Positions 48,782 to 58,614 of a stretch of DNA of 64,000 nt are shown here, piece by piece. A program made the translations under genes and the position numbers. Under the pieces are notes generated by a model that worked only from the letters and a program-made list of their open reading frames with translations, searched no databases and was not told where the DNA came from. Origin of the DNA: Candidatus Eiseniibacteriota bacterium (GTDB taxonomy: Bacteria > Eisenbacteria > RBG-16-71-46 > CAZAMP01); assembly GCA_965224245.1 (NCBI GenBank), contig OZ245046.1, positions 3,968,001 through 4,032,000 on the forward strand, read 5' to 3'. Position 1 is the first letter of the stretch; each line of letters begins with the position of its first letter.

Positions 48782-48912
48782 GGCGCGGCCTCCGAGGTTC
48801 AGGTAGCCCGGCGTCGACCGACAACTGAAGGCGGGGAGTCTCCGCCCGACGCGAGCCTCCGATCATACACGTGCCCAACGCCAAACGACATACCGGGAAC
48901 CGAGGTGGTGGC

Positions 48913-49680
48913 TTGGTCGAGGTCAGGGACCTGGAGAAGGTCTTCGTGGACCGGCGCGGTCGCCGCCTCGCGGCGGTCCGCGGGGTCAGCTTCACGTGCC
49001 GCCCGGGCTCGGTGTTCGGGCTCCTCGGACGCAACGGCGCGGGCAAGACGACCACGCTTCGAATCCTCGCGACCGTCCTCGCGCCCACGAGCGGCACGGC
49101 CATCATCGGCGGCCACGACGTGACCGTCGCGCCGGCCGCGGCCCGGGCGCGGATCGGGTTTCTCACCGGAGACACGCGCCTGTACGACCGTCTGACCGGG
49201 CTGGAGTCGCTGGTGTACTTCGGTCAGCTCCAGGGACTGACGCGCGACGCGCTGGACCGGCGCCTTTCGACGCTGACGCCGCGGTTCGGCCTTCAGGCGC
49301 TCCTGACCCGCCGGATCGGTCAGCTCTCGTCGGGCCAGAAGCAGCGACTCTCGCTCGTGCGGGCGCTGCTCCACGATCCGGAGGTGATCATCCTTGACGA
49401 GCCGACGACGGGGCTCGACATCCTGGCGGCCCGCGACACGGTGCAGCACATTCGATCGCTCCGCGACGAGGGTCGAACGGTGATCTGCTCCACGCACAAC
49501 CTGGCGGAGGTCATGTCGCTGTGTGACGACATCGGCGTGCTCGACGCGGGTCTGCTCCTGGCCGCCGCGCCGAAGACGGCGCTCCTGGACGCGTTCGACG
49601 GCGACCTCGAGCGCGCATTCGTGGACCTCGTCTCCGGTCTCGCAGCGCCCATCGGCGTGTCGGCCGAGCCTGCATCGTGA
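48913..49680 (+). CDS. ABC ATP-binding protein (NatA-like)
   Basis: GRNGAGKTT, LSSGQKQR, LDEPTTGLD, STH; TTG start inferred. Confidence 0.9.
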   Translation: MVEVRDLEKVFVDRRGRRLAAVRGVSFTCRPGSVFGLLGRNGAGKTTTLRILATVLAPTSGTAIIGGHDVTVAPAAARARIGFLTGDTRLYDRLTGLESLVYFGQLQGLTRDALDRRLSTLTPRFGLQALLTRRIGQLSSGQKQRLSLVRALLHDPEVIILDEPTTGLDILAARDTVQHIRSLRDEGRTVICSTHNLAEVMSLCDDIGVLDAGLLLAAAPKTALLDAFDGDLERAFVDLVSGLAAPIGVSAEPAS

Positions 49681-50834
49681 ACTCGCTCGTCGTCCGGATC
49701 GTGTGGATCAAGGAGCTCGTCGACGCGGTCCGGGACCCGCGGGCCGTCTTGTACCTGGTGGGGCTTCCGCTGGTGTTCTACCCGGCGCTGCTTCTGGCGC
49801 TCGAGTACGTCGCGGACTCGCTGGTCGGCGAGCCACCGCTGCCTCCATACGTGGTCGCGATCGACGCCGCGTCTCCGGCTCCCGCGCTCTCGGCGGCCAT
49901 CGACGCCGACGCGGCGTTCGTGGTCCGATCCACCACGGACGCCGTGCTCGACGTGATCCGGGGCGACGCGCAACTCTCCATCGAGCCCCTCCCCGGCTTC
50001 GCGGACGCGGCGGCCGAGGGGCGGCCGGCCCGCCTGAACCTGTACTCCGATCGATCCCTGCGCGGGGTGACCGTCATTCGCGAGCGGCTGTCGGCCCGTC
50101 TCGCTGCGTACGAGGCCGACCACCTCGCCGGCAACGGCGACGCGCGTCTGATCGTCGTGGAGACCGGCCTCGGGGAATCCCTCGGCGACCTTCGCTTCAT
50201 GGTCGGGCTCTTCCCGTACTTTCTGCTGGTCCTGATCCTGGTCGGAGCGGCGCACATGGCCATCGACGTCACGGCGGGCGAGAAGGAGCGGCGCACGCTG
50301 GAGACGCTCCTGGTCACGGCGGCCGGGCGCTTCGAGATCCTCCTGGGAAAGGCGCTGGCCACGATGACCGCCTCGGTGGCCGCCGGGCTTCTCGGCATGA
50401 TCGGGTTCCGGCTGGCGATCGCGCTGGCCCGGCCGATGACCGGCGGGCATCCGATGCTGCTGGCCCTGCCGGACCGGGCGTTCTGGGTGCTCGGCCTCGG
50501 AAGCCTGCCCTCGGCGGTGTTCCTGAGCGCGCTCTTGCTGTTGCTCGGCGCGTTCGCCCGCTCCAGCCGCGAGGGACAGACGTACTCGGCGTACCTGCAG
50601 ATGCCCATCCTGCTGCTGGCGCTCGGCTCCACGTGGCTCGGCGTCGACCGATCCCCGCTCATCTACGCGATCCCCCTGCTCGGCGCCAACCTGATGCAGC
50701 GCGAGTTCCTCCTCGGTGAGGGTCAGATCCTCCACGCGGCCATCGCGACCGGGACCACGATCGCGCTGGGGCTCCTGCTGATCGCCCTCTCCGCGTGGCT
50801 CTTCCGCCGGGAGTCGGTCCTGTTCCGTCGCTGA
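49677..50834 (+). CDS. ABC permease (NatB-like)
   Basis: KEL....RD.R, AID.TAGEKER.TLETLL, GK. Confidence 0.88.
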   Translation: MNSLVVRIVWIKELVDAVRDPRAVLYLVGLPLVFYPALLLALEYVADSLVGEPPLPPYVVAIDAASPAPALSAAIDADAAFVVRSTTDAVLDVIRGDAQLSIEPLPGFADAAAEGRPARLNLYSDRSLRGVTVIRERLSARLAAYEADHLAGNGDARLIVVETGLGESLGDLRFMVGLFPYFLLVLILVGAAHMAIDVTAGEKERRTLETLLVTAAGRFEILLGKALATMTASVAAGLLGMIGFRLAIALARPMTGGHPMLLALPDRAFWVLGLGSLPSAVFLSALLLLLGAFARSSREGQTYSAYLQMPILLLALGSTWLGVDRSPLIYAIPLLGANLMQREFLLGEGQILHAAIATGTTIALGLLLIALSAWLFRRESVLFRR

Positions 50835-50958
50835 GCCGACGGGATGCAGTGCCCGCGCGCCGTCGAGAGAGGTAGCGCGGAGTCGCCGGGCGGCTCTAGA
50901 ATGTCCTCCTGACCGCCCGCGACGTCGAGCCCAGCCCGCGAAACGGGGAGATCCGGAG

Positions 50959-52074
50959 ATTCACGAGACCGACCACGCGCTCGCGCCGGAGAAGGCCATC
51001 CTGATCGGCATGTCGGCGCCCGGCGTCGCGCACGACGATCTGGACGAGCTGGCGTTCCTGGCCCAGACCGCCGGTGCCGACATCAGCGACCGGATCGTCC
51101 AGCGCCGACTCACACCCAGCCCGGCCACGTACGTCGGCAAGGGCAAGCTGGACGAGCTCCGAGACTCGGTGCGGACGCACGACGCGGAGCTCGTCGTGTT
51201 CGACGACGACCTCTCGCCGGCCCAGAACCGCACCGTCGAGAAGCACGTCGGCGTGCGCGTGATCGATCGCAGCACGCTCATCCTCGACATCTTCGCGGCG
51301 CACGCGCGCACGCACGAGTCGAAGCTCCAGGTGGAGCTCGCGCAGCTCGAGTACCTGCTTCCGCGGCTGACGCGAATGTGGACGCACCTCGATCGGGCCG
51401 GCGGCGGAATCGGGACCCGCGGCCCCGGCGAGACGCAGCTGGAGGTGGATCGCCGCCGCATCCGTACGCGTGTCGCCCAGCTCAGGCGCAAGATCGAGGA
51501 CGTCGAGAGCGAGCGCCTGACCCAGCGCCGGGGACGCCGGAACCTGTTCAAGGTGGCGCTGGCCGGCTACACCAACGCCGGGAAATCCACGCTCTTCAAC
51601 GCTCTGACCCGTGCGGACGTGCGGGTCGAGAACAAGCTCTTCGCCACGCTGGACACGACGACCCGCAAGGTTCATCTGGGGGATCGCGCCACTGGGCTGA
51701 TCTCCGACACGGTCGGGTTCATCAAGAAGCTCCCGCACCATCTCGTGGCCTCGTTCCACGCCACGCTACGAGAGGTCGCCGAGGCCGATCTCGTCCTGCA
51801 CGTGGTCGACGCGTCCAGCCCGCGCCTCGAGGATCAGATCGAGACGGTGGGGACGGTCCTCGACGAGCTCGTCGAGCGCACGACCCGCCATCGACTCGTG
51901 CTGAACAAGATCGACTGCCTGGACGACGATGCGTACGCGGCGGCCCGCGCGCGGCATCCCGAAGCGTGGCTCGTCTCGGCGATCACTCCCGGCTCGGTCA
52001 AGGAGCTTCGCGGGCGGCTCGCCGAGGCCAGGGCCGAATGGTCGGTGGACCGCGGCATCTCCACGATCTCCTGA
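50959..52074 (+). CDS. hflX: GTPase HflX (probable ATT start; first ATG at 51010)
   Basis: EKAILIG, G.GK..E, ILDIFA..A, GPGET.LE.DRR, GYTNAGKST, LFATLD, DTVGF, NKID. Confidence 0.95.
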   Translation: MHETDHALAPEKAILIGMSAPGVAHDDLDELAFLAQTAGADISDRIVQRRLTPSPATYVGKGKLDELRDSVRTHDAELVVFDDDLSPAQNRTVEKHVGVRVIDRSTLILDIFAAHARTHESKLQVELAQLEYLLPRLTRMWTHLDRAGGGIGTRGPGETQLEVDRRRIRTRVAQLRRKIEDVESERLTQRRGRRNLFKVALAGYTNAGKSTLFNALTRADVRVENKLFATLDTTTRKVHLGDRATGLISDTVGFIKKLPHHLVASFHATLREVAEADLVLHVVDASSPRLEDQIETVGTVLDELVERTTRHRLVLNKIDCLDDDAYAAARARHPEAWLVSAITPGSVKELRGRLAEARAEWSVDRGISTIS

Positions 52075-52091
52075 CGAGGACACGCTCCCCG

Positions 52092-53972
52092 ATGGATCCA
52101 GATCGAGCGCCGGCACCCAGCACGTCCGACGGGCGTCGAGGGGACGCGCGCGTGATCGATCTGGTCGTGTTCCTGGCCGCGCTCCTGGCCCGGCTCGCTC
52201 ATCTGTGGGCCTTCACGGCCCTGGCCTTCTACCGGCTTCCGTTCGGAGACGCCGCGACCTTCGCGCGCGAGGCGGCCGGATTCCTCGGCGGCGGCCTGTT
52301 CACCCGCGGCGATCCGTTCTTCCAGGGTCCGCTGTATCCGCTCGTGCTGGCCGCGATCGGCCTCGCGTCGCTGCCGGTGACCGGCATGTACTGGCTCCAG
52401 GTGGTCATCGGATCGGTGACCGCGGTGATGGTGGCCCGGATCGCTCGCCATCTCGTGCGCCTGCCCTGGGCGGGGCTCGTGGCGGGTCTGGCCTACGCGT
52501 TCTACGACGCGGCGATCTTCTTCGACGCGGACCTCCTGGCGGTGTCGCTCGTGACGTGCCTGGCCGCGACCGCGCTCGCGCTCACGACGCGGGCGCTCAC
52601 CGCACCCGAGGAGGCGGTCGGACGCGCCCGGGTGGTCGCGATCGGCGTGCTCTTCGCGCTGTCGGCCTGGGGACGGCCGAATCTCGTGCTGCCGGTCGTG
52701 CTCGTGGTGGGATGGCTCGTCTTCCGGGCGCCGTGGCCGGGAGCGAGACGGCGGCTCCTCGCGCTGTCCGCGCTCACGGTGCTCCTGATGCCGCTGGTCC
52801 GGAACACGATCGTCTCCGGGGATCCGGTGTTCATCGCGTCCAGCGGCGGCGTCAACTTCTTCATCGGCAACCACTCCGGTGCGACCGGCACGTTCCGCAT
52901 CCCGCCCGGGTCCGGGCTGGCCAACGACACCGAGCTGGATCGGATCTCGCGCGCCGTGGCCTCCCGGATGGAAGGCCGGCCGCTGAGCGCGGCCGAGACG
53001 TCTCGCTACTGGTTTCGCCGCGGCCTCGACGCTCTGACGGCGGATCCGATCGCGGCGGCGAGGCTCGTGGGCCGGAAGCTCGTCCTGTGCCTGAACGCCG
53101 CGGAGATCCCGAACCATCTCGACCTGACGTTCGTCCGCGAGTACTCGCCGGCGCTCCGCTTCGCGCCGGTCCGGGCGTGGATGCTGCTCGCGCTGGGGGC
53201 GGCGGGCATGTGGCTCCTTCGCGGGTACCGCGGCGCGACCGCGCTTCAGCTGTTCGCGGCCGGGAACGTCCTGTCGATCCTCCCGTTCTTCGTGACGGCG
53301 CGCTTCCGCCTGCCGATGATGCCGGTGTTCGCGGCGTTCGCCGGGTCGCTCGCCGTGTGCGTCGTCCACGCCGCTCTCCGCCGCACGATCCCGGCACGCG
53401 ACTGGGGTCTCACCGCGGGAGTGGGCGTCGCGGTGACGGCGCTGTCCCTCGCGACGCGACTACCCGCCGCCAGCCACGCGGTTGCCCACGTCAACCTCGG
53501 CGCGCTGCATGCCGAGCTGGGTCAGACCGAGCGCGCTCGACGAGAGTTCGAGGCGGCGCTCGCGCTGGAGCCGCGCGATGTCCGCGCGCTGGAGAACCTG
53601 GCCGTCCTGGACGTGCGCGCGGGCCGCCACGAGGCCGCGCTCGAGCGGGTGGACGCGGCGCTCACCGGCGTGCCCGAGTCGTTCCGGCTGCACAACCTGC
53701 GGGGAATCGCGCTCGGAGAGCTCGGCCGGTACGACGAGGCGCTGGATGCGTTCGATGCCGCGCTCGCGCGGTTCCCGGGGTGGCCGGAGGCCCGTCGCAA
53801 CATCGAGCTGACGTGGTCGCACTATCTCGCCCACGTGCGTCGACTCGGTCGCGAGGCCGGTCTGCCCGACCCCATCGATCCGGAGTCGAAAGGCCGGTGG
53901 GTCTCGTTCCTGGAGGGCAGAGGATTCCGGCGTGCGGCCGAGCGATTCGCGCGTGAGGCCACGGCCGGCTGA
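52092..53972 (+). CDS. GT-C (PMT/ArnT-like) membrane glycosyltransferase with C-terminal TPRs
   Basis: D...F/FFQ.PLYP, RPN, RN...G..V......G.NF.IGN, EIPN, RFRLP; TPR tail. Confidence 0.8.
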   Translation: MDPDRAPAPSTSDGRRGDARVIDLVVFLAALLARLAHLWAFTALAFYRLPFGDAATFAREAAGFLGGGLFTRGDPFFQGPLYPLVLAAIGLASLPVTGMYWLQVVIGSVTAVMVARIARHLVRLPWAGLVAGLAYAFYDAAIFFDADLLAVSLVTCLAATALALTTRALTAPEEAVGRARVVAIGVLFALSAWGRPNLVLPVVLVVGWLVFRAPWPGARRRLLALSALTVLLMPLVRNTIVSGDPVFIASSGGVNFFIGNHSGATGTFRIPPGSGLANDTELDRISRAVASRMEGRPLSAAETSRYWFRRGLDALTADPIAAARLVGRKLVLCLNAAEIPNHLDLTFVREYSPALRFAPVRAWMLLALGAAGMWLLRGYRGATALQLFAAGNVLSILPFFVTARFRLPMMPVFAAFAGSLAVCVVHAALRRTIPARDWGLTAGVGVAVTALSLATRLPAASHAVAHVNLGALHAELGQTERARREFEAALALEPRDVRALENLAVLDVRAGRHEAALERVDAALTGVPESFRLHNLRGIALGELGRYDEALDAFDAALARFPGWPEARRNIELTWSHYLAHVRRLGREAGLPDPIDPESKGRWVSFLEGRGFRRAAERFAREATAG

Positions 53973-54266
53973 CCCCCGCGGCCGGCCCCGGCACGCGCTC
54001 GGCGGCCCTGCGGTGGGCCGGAAGCCCGCTTTCCAAATTCACGAGATCGCCGACCCTGACGCGCCGATCGGAGATCGGTCCACGGATGCCCCCCACGCCC
54101 GCGGCGAGATCCGCAAGTCGTTGCGAATGGGACCCATCGAGAGAACGCCACGCGACCCCGCCGGGGCCCCGGGGACGAAAATGTCGATCTCGAGGGTCGC
54201 ATCGGGCGGAAATTCGGTGGCTCTCCGCCCCGGCGCGTAGTAGACTCCCTCTCGCATGGCTGACTT

Positions 54267-54364
54267 CACGATTTCGCCCCCTGGTGTTCTCGTGGATCTC
54301 GTCACCTGAGAATTAGGTGGTTCGGTCCCTTGAGATTCACGGTTTCCCGGGGGGCTTTTTCGTG
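54267..54364 (+). ncRNA. Candidate structured RNA / attenuator
   Basis: Nested stems 54276-54284/54347-54355, 54291-54300/54332-54341 and 54303-54309/54313-54319, then TTTTT; TAGACT -10 at 54241. Confidence 0.45.
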
Positions 54365-54394
54365 GCCCCGAACGTCCCATCCCGAGCGCGCCCG

Positions 54395-55252
54395 ATGACG
54401 ACGACACCTCCTCGACGACCGGCGGATCGGCTGATCATCCGCTGGCGAGGCCGGACCGCGCTGGTCGCCGAATCGGAGTTCGAGGCCCTGGTCAAGGCGG
54501 GGCTCATCCCGCCCGACGCCTGGGTCGTCTCCCCCACGTACACCCGCGGCCACGCCATCCAGGCCGACGACATGGAGGTCTTCCACCTCTGGAAGCCGGA
54601 CGACGAGCCCCCCAGCCCACCCGAGCCGTCGGTCTTCTCGGACATTTACTTCGCCCGGCCGATCTCGCTGACGCTGGTCCTGATCGCGGCCAATCTGGCC
54701 GTGGCCGCGGCGCTGATCCTGCGATGGGGGGAGGCCTACCCCTACGCACTCCGGCACTGGGCCGGCGAGATGAAGCCCGCGGTCGCCCATCTCGGCGATC
54801 TCGTGCACCTCGGTCCGCCGGTCTTCGTCCACGCGTCGCCGGCGCATCTGTTTGGCAACCTCTTGTACCTGTTCGTGTTCGGAGCATGGGTCGAACGAGT
54901 GTTCGGTGCGCTGGGCATGGCCGTGATCTATCTGGTCGCCGGCTACGCGGGGGCGATCGCGTCGTACCTGCTGCTGGATCACCCGGCGCTGTCGGTGGGC
55001 GCGTCCGGGGCCATCTTCGGGCTCATCGGGGCAACGTTCGTGTACCTCGTCCGGCACCACCGCGAGTTCCACCGACGTCTGGCCTGGCGGGCTCGCCGGA
55101 TCTACATCCCGCTCGTGATCGCGGTGGCCGCGTACTCCCTGACCGGCGGCAATCTCTGGGCGCACGGCGGCGGTCTCGTCGGTGGCGCGCTGGCGGCCTG
55201 GCTGATCGACGTCGTCTTCCCGCGTCGCGACGTCTTCGCGTCCGATCGGTAG
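54395..55252 (+). CDS. Rhomboid intramembrane serine protease with N-terminal soluble domain
   Basis: FVHA...HLFGN, GASG, AH.GG. Confidence 0.9.
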   Translation: MTTTPPRRPADRLIIRWRGRTALVAESEFEALVKAGLIPPDAWVVSPTYTRGHAIQADDMEVFHLWKPDDEPPSPPEPSVFSDIYFARPISLTLVLIAANLAVAAALILRWGEAYPYALRHWAGEMKPAVAHLGDLVHLGPPVFVHASPAHLFGNLLYLFVFGAWVERVFGALGMAVIYLVAGYAGAIASYLLLDHPALSVGASGAIFGLIGATFVYLVRHHREFHRRLAWRARRIYIPLVIAVAAYSLTGGNLWAHGGGLVGGALAAWLIDVVFPRRDVFASDR

Positions 55253-55331
55253 TGCCCCCGCACTGGCGCCCGCCCCGGACGTTGGGCATAGTGCAGCCGT
55301 TCACTGGGCAAGGCCGAGCGACGGAGGTTCG

Positions 55332-56006
55332 ATGCCGGTGAGACGGGACGTGCTCGCGCTGGTGCCCGCCTACAACGAGGCCGCGCACATCGGCGAGGTC
55401 GTGCGACGCGCGCGCGAGCACCTGGCGGTGGCGGTGGTGGACGACGGATCGGCAGACCGCACCGCGGCCGTCGCGGCCGAGGCCGGCGCCGAGGTGCTTC
55501 GCCAGCCCCGGAATGCGGGCAAGGGCGCCGCTCTCCTGCGCGGGCTCCGGTACGGCGTCGATCAGGGCTACGACGCCGTGGTCACGCTGGATGCCGACGG
55601 ACAGCATCGCCCCGAGGAGATCCCCCGGTTTCTCGAGCTGTTCGACCGGGAGCATCCGGACCTGATCATCGGGTTTCGTCAGTTCGCCGAGATGCCCCGC
55701 GTCCGGCGCCTGGCCAACACCGTGGGGACGTGGCTGTTCAGCCGGGCCGTGGGCACGCGCATTCCGGACAACCAGTCCGGGTATCGGCTCCTGTCGAAGA
55801 GCTTCATCGGGGCGCTCGACTTCACGAGCGCCGGCTTCGAGATGGAGGTCGAGATGATCGTGCAGGCCGTCCGCGCCGGGCGCGCGATCGGCTGGGTGCC
55901 CATCTCCACGATCTACGGGGACGAGGTGAGCCACTTCAGCCCCGTGCGCGACACGATCGGATTCCTCGGCACGTGCGCGCGCACGTGGAGACGCGTCCAC
56001 CGCTGA
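55332..56006 (+). CDS. GT2 glycosyltransferase (DPM1-like)
   Basis: PAYNE, VDDGS.D, GKG.A, DADGQH, D.QSGYR, F..E.E. Confidence 0.92.
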   Translation: MPVRRDVLALVPAYNEAAHIGEVVRRAREHLAVAVVDDGSADRTAAVAAEAGAEVLRQPRNAGKGAALLRGLRYGVDQGYDAVVTLDADGQHRPEEIPRFLELFDREHPDLIIGFRQFAEMPRVRRLANTVGTWLFSRAVGTRIPDNQSGYRLLSKSFIGALDFTSAGFEMEVEMIVQAVRAGRAIGWVPISTIYGDEVSHFSPVRDTIGFLGTCARTWRRVHR

Positions 56007-56055
56007 TCACGGATGAGACGGCGGACACCGGGAGACGCGTCCACCGCTGATCACG
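55987..56055. repeat. 25-bp exact direct repeat duplicating the GT2 3' end
   Basis: GGAGACGCGTCCACCGCTGATCACG at 55987-56011 and 56031-56055. Confidence 0.9.
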
Positions 56056-56065
56056 CCGGGCGCGG

Positions 56066-57877
56066 CTAGCGGTAGAGCCGCAGTCGATCTCCGGGCTTGA
56101 TCAGCGTGTCCTTGCGGCCCAGTCCGTTCCAGTCCCGGATGTTGGCCACCGTGGTGCCGTACCGGTAGGCGATCGCCCAGAGGGTCTCGCCCCGTGCCAC
56201 CTGGTGGATGATCGGATTCCCCACCGGGGTGGACTCCCACACGATGAGACGGTCGCCCGGGCGGATCACGCGACCCACCGACGGATTCAGCTCGCGAACC
56301 CCGTCGACGGTCATGCCGAAGCGGTTTGCGATGCCCCAGAGCGTGTCGCCGCGCCGGACGCGATACGCCGTCATCGACCGGACGGGGCTGTCGCCGCCGG
56401 CGACCGCGGTGCCCCCGCCGGACGGAGTGTCGACCGAGTCGGTCCGTCCGCCGGGCGCCGCGTTCGCGACTCCGGAATACAGGACCAGCGACTGACCGGC
56501 TCGCACCGAGTGCGGGTTCGAGATGTGGTTCCACACCTGGATCGCGCGCACCGTCGTGCCGTAGGCCCTCGCCACGTGGCTCAGCGTCTCGCCTCGGCGG
56601 AGCGTGTGGCGGACGCGATCGCCCTGGGCCGCCAGCGAGGCCGCCGCCCACGAGGTGCCGCCCGCTCCGGTGGGAATGAGGAGCGTCCGGCCCTCGCGGA
56701 TCATCGTGCGCTTGCCCATGTTGTTGGCCAGCTGAATCGCGCCCACCGTCGTGCCGTACCGTCGGGCCAGGCGTCCGAGCGTGTCGCCGCGCCGGACGCG
56801 GTGTCGGTCGTACAGTCGCCGCTCCTCGGGCGGGATCTGCGCGATGGCCTCCTCGAACACGCCCGACGTGCCCCGCGGGAGACGCACCTCGTACGGGTGA
56901 TGCCCCGGCGGGGTCTGACGCGCGATCAGGGCCGGGTTCAGGAGGCGAATCTCGCTCGCCGTCACGCCCGCGCACCGCGCGACCACGTCGAGATGGGTCA
57001 CGGTCTCGACGGTGACGGTCTCGAAGTCGAAGGGCTCGTCGTAGGCGACGTCGGTGAAGCCGAACTGCTCGGGATCGTTGGAGACCACGATGGCCGCCAG
57101 GATCGCCGGGACGAAGTTCTTCGTCTCGCGCGGGAGATACCGCGAGCGCGCCAGCGCCCAGAAGTCGTTCTCGCCGGTGCGTTTGATCGCCCGGCGGACC
57201 TTGCCCTCGCCCGAGTTGTACGCGGCCATGGCCAGGTACCAGTCCCCGAACTCGGCATGAAGGTCCTTCAGGTACCGGGCCGCGGCACGTGTCGATCGCT
57301 CGGGATCGAGCCGCTCGTCCGCGAACTCGTTGCAGACGAGTCCGTAGCGCCGTGCCGTGCCGCGCATGAACTGCCACAGACCGATGGCGCCCACGCGCGA
57401 GCGCGCATTGTGCCGGTAGCCGCTCTCGACCATCGCCATGTGCGCCAGGTCCCGAGGGACGCCCTCCTCGTCGAAGATCCGGTGGATCATCGGGATGACG
57501 CGGCCCGACCGGGCCAGGACACGCCGCACCCAGTCCGCCTGACCGTCCGCGTACCGATCCAGGAACACGCGCACCCGGTTGTTGACGACGACCGGGATGT
57601 CGTAGACGGGCTCGACCGTGGCCACGTCGGGCGTGTCGAACGCGGTGTCGGAGTCGGCGTCGACCGGCTCGAGGTCGGTCGAGACGAGGCTGTCGAGCGG
57701 CGAGGCGACCGTGAGGTCCTCCAGCCAGGCGCTCTCGGAGGCGTCCTCGACGTCCCAGGGTCCCGCGTCCCCGGACGGGGCGGCGGCGACGTCGATCTGA
57801 TCGGGCGGAGGGTGGTGGGCACAGCCGAGAACGATCAGGGTCCCGACGAGACAGACGGATCGAGCGGATACGGGCAT
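56066..57877 (-). CDS. MltD-like lytic transglycosylase lipoprotein with multiple LysM domains
   Basis: Lipobox VLGC; ESG, GLWQF, AAYN.GE, ET..FVP; at least four 'V..G.TL..IA..YG' LysM repeats. Confidence 0.92.
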   Translation of the reverse strand: MPVSARSVCLVGTLIVLGCAHHPPPDQIDVAAAPSGDAGPWDVEDASESAWLEDLTVASPLDSLVSTDLEPVDADSDTAFDTPDVATVEPVYDIPVVVNNRVRVFLDRYADGQADWVRRVLARSGRVIPMIHRIFDEEGVPRDLAHMAMVESGYRHNARSRVGAIGLWQFMRGTARRYGLVCNEFADERLDPERSTRAAARYLKDLHAEFGDWYLAMAAYNSGEGKVRRAIKRTGENDFWALARSRYLPRETKNFVPAILAAIVVSNDPEQFGFTDVAYDEPFDFETVTVETVTHLDVVARCAGVTASEIRLLNPALIARQTPPGHHPYEVRLPRGTSGVFEEAIAQIPPEERRLYDRHRVRRGDTLGRLARRYGTTVGAIQLANNMGKRTMIREGRTLLIPTGAGGTSWAAASLAAQGDRVRHTLRRGETLSHVARAYGTTVRAIQVWNHISNPHSVRAGQSLVLYSGVANAAPGGRTDSVDTPSGGGTAVAGGDSPVRSMTAYRVRRGDTLWGIANRFGMTVDGVRELNPSVGRVIRPGDRLIVWESTPVGNPIIHQVARGETLWAIAYRYGTTVANIRDWNGLGRKDTLIKPGDRLRLYR

Positions 57878-58215
57878 CTAGCGCTCCGTGAAAGGGTGCC
57901 GTAGAGCACGGGGGAACGGGAGACTAACGACGTGGGTTTCGCCGAGTCAAGGCGCCGCCTCCGGTCGCCGCCCGGTCGAGTCCAGGTCATGTGCCTTCAT
58001 ACCGTATTCGTCGGCGAGATGTCCCCTGTGGTTTATCCGTGGCGACCCTGGAGGGGGCTCGGGACGGTGCGCCTCCGCGCCGGCTGCGGGCCCAGCGGGG
58101 CGGCGCGCCCTGGATCGGTGGCTGAGCTCGGCCACCGAGCTTCTGTCTCGATGCGCATGGGGCCGGCCGGGTCCCGGGGACGGCCGTCGAGGCGCGCGGG
58201 CCGAGCCGTGGAGTG

Positions 58216-58551
58216 TCAGTGTTGAACGAGGCCCGGTCCCATGGAGTCGTCCTCGAGTCGGCGATCGTATGCGCGAAGAATGGTGTCCTCGAGGTATGAG
58301 CGGAAATCGCGATTGATCGGATGGCACACATCGGTTTGCTGACCGGACGGGTTTCGACGCGTCGGCATCGCGACGAAGCGGCGTCCACCCGCCTCGATGA
58401 TCTTGACGCCGTGCACGACGAAGTTGTCCTCGAACACGATCGTGACGAAGGCCTTGAGGCGGTCCTCGTTGACCGGCTGCACATTGACTTCCGTGATGCG
58501 CGGGGAAGGCTCGTCCCCGCCACGTCCGTGGTCGCCGGAGCCGAGACTCAT
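58216..58551 (-). CDS. spoVG: SpoVG-family nucleic-acid-binding protein
   Basis: ITEV....LKAF.TI.F...FVVH..KIIE....FVAMP....D..HPI; AAGGAG RBS. Confidence 0.9.
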   Translation of the reverse strand: MSLGSGDHGRGGDEPSPRITEVNVQPVNEDRLKAFVTIVFEDNFVVHGVKIIEAGGRRFVAMPTRRNPSGQQTDVCHPINRDFRSYLEDTILRAYDRRLEDDSMGPGLVQH

Positions 58552-58614
58552 GAGACACTCCTTTCGGGCCACCACCACCAGCATTCACATTTATCGCATC
58601 TCGGCACGATGAGG

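Noticed and set aside
44338..49123. Long + strand ORFs (1084 aa, 512 aa)
   Set aside because: Antisense shadows of the VWA/MoxR/stomatin/nfeD operon
51378..52091. N-terminal extension of the GT-C/TPR ORF (864 aa)
   Set aside because: Overlaps hflX out of frame; an RBS and ATG at 52092 give a better start
54267..54364. tRNA or 6S RNA
   Set aside because: GGTTCG is T-loop-like but there is no cloverleaf or CCA; too short for canonical 6S and lacks a clear central bubble
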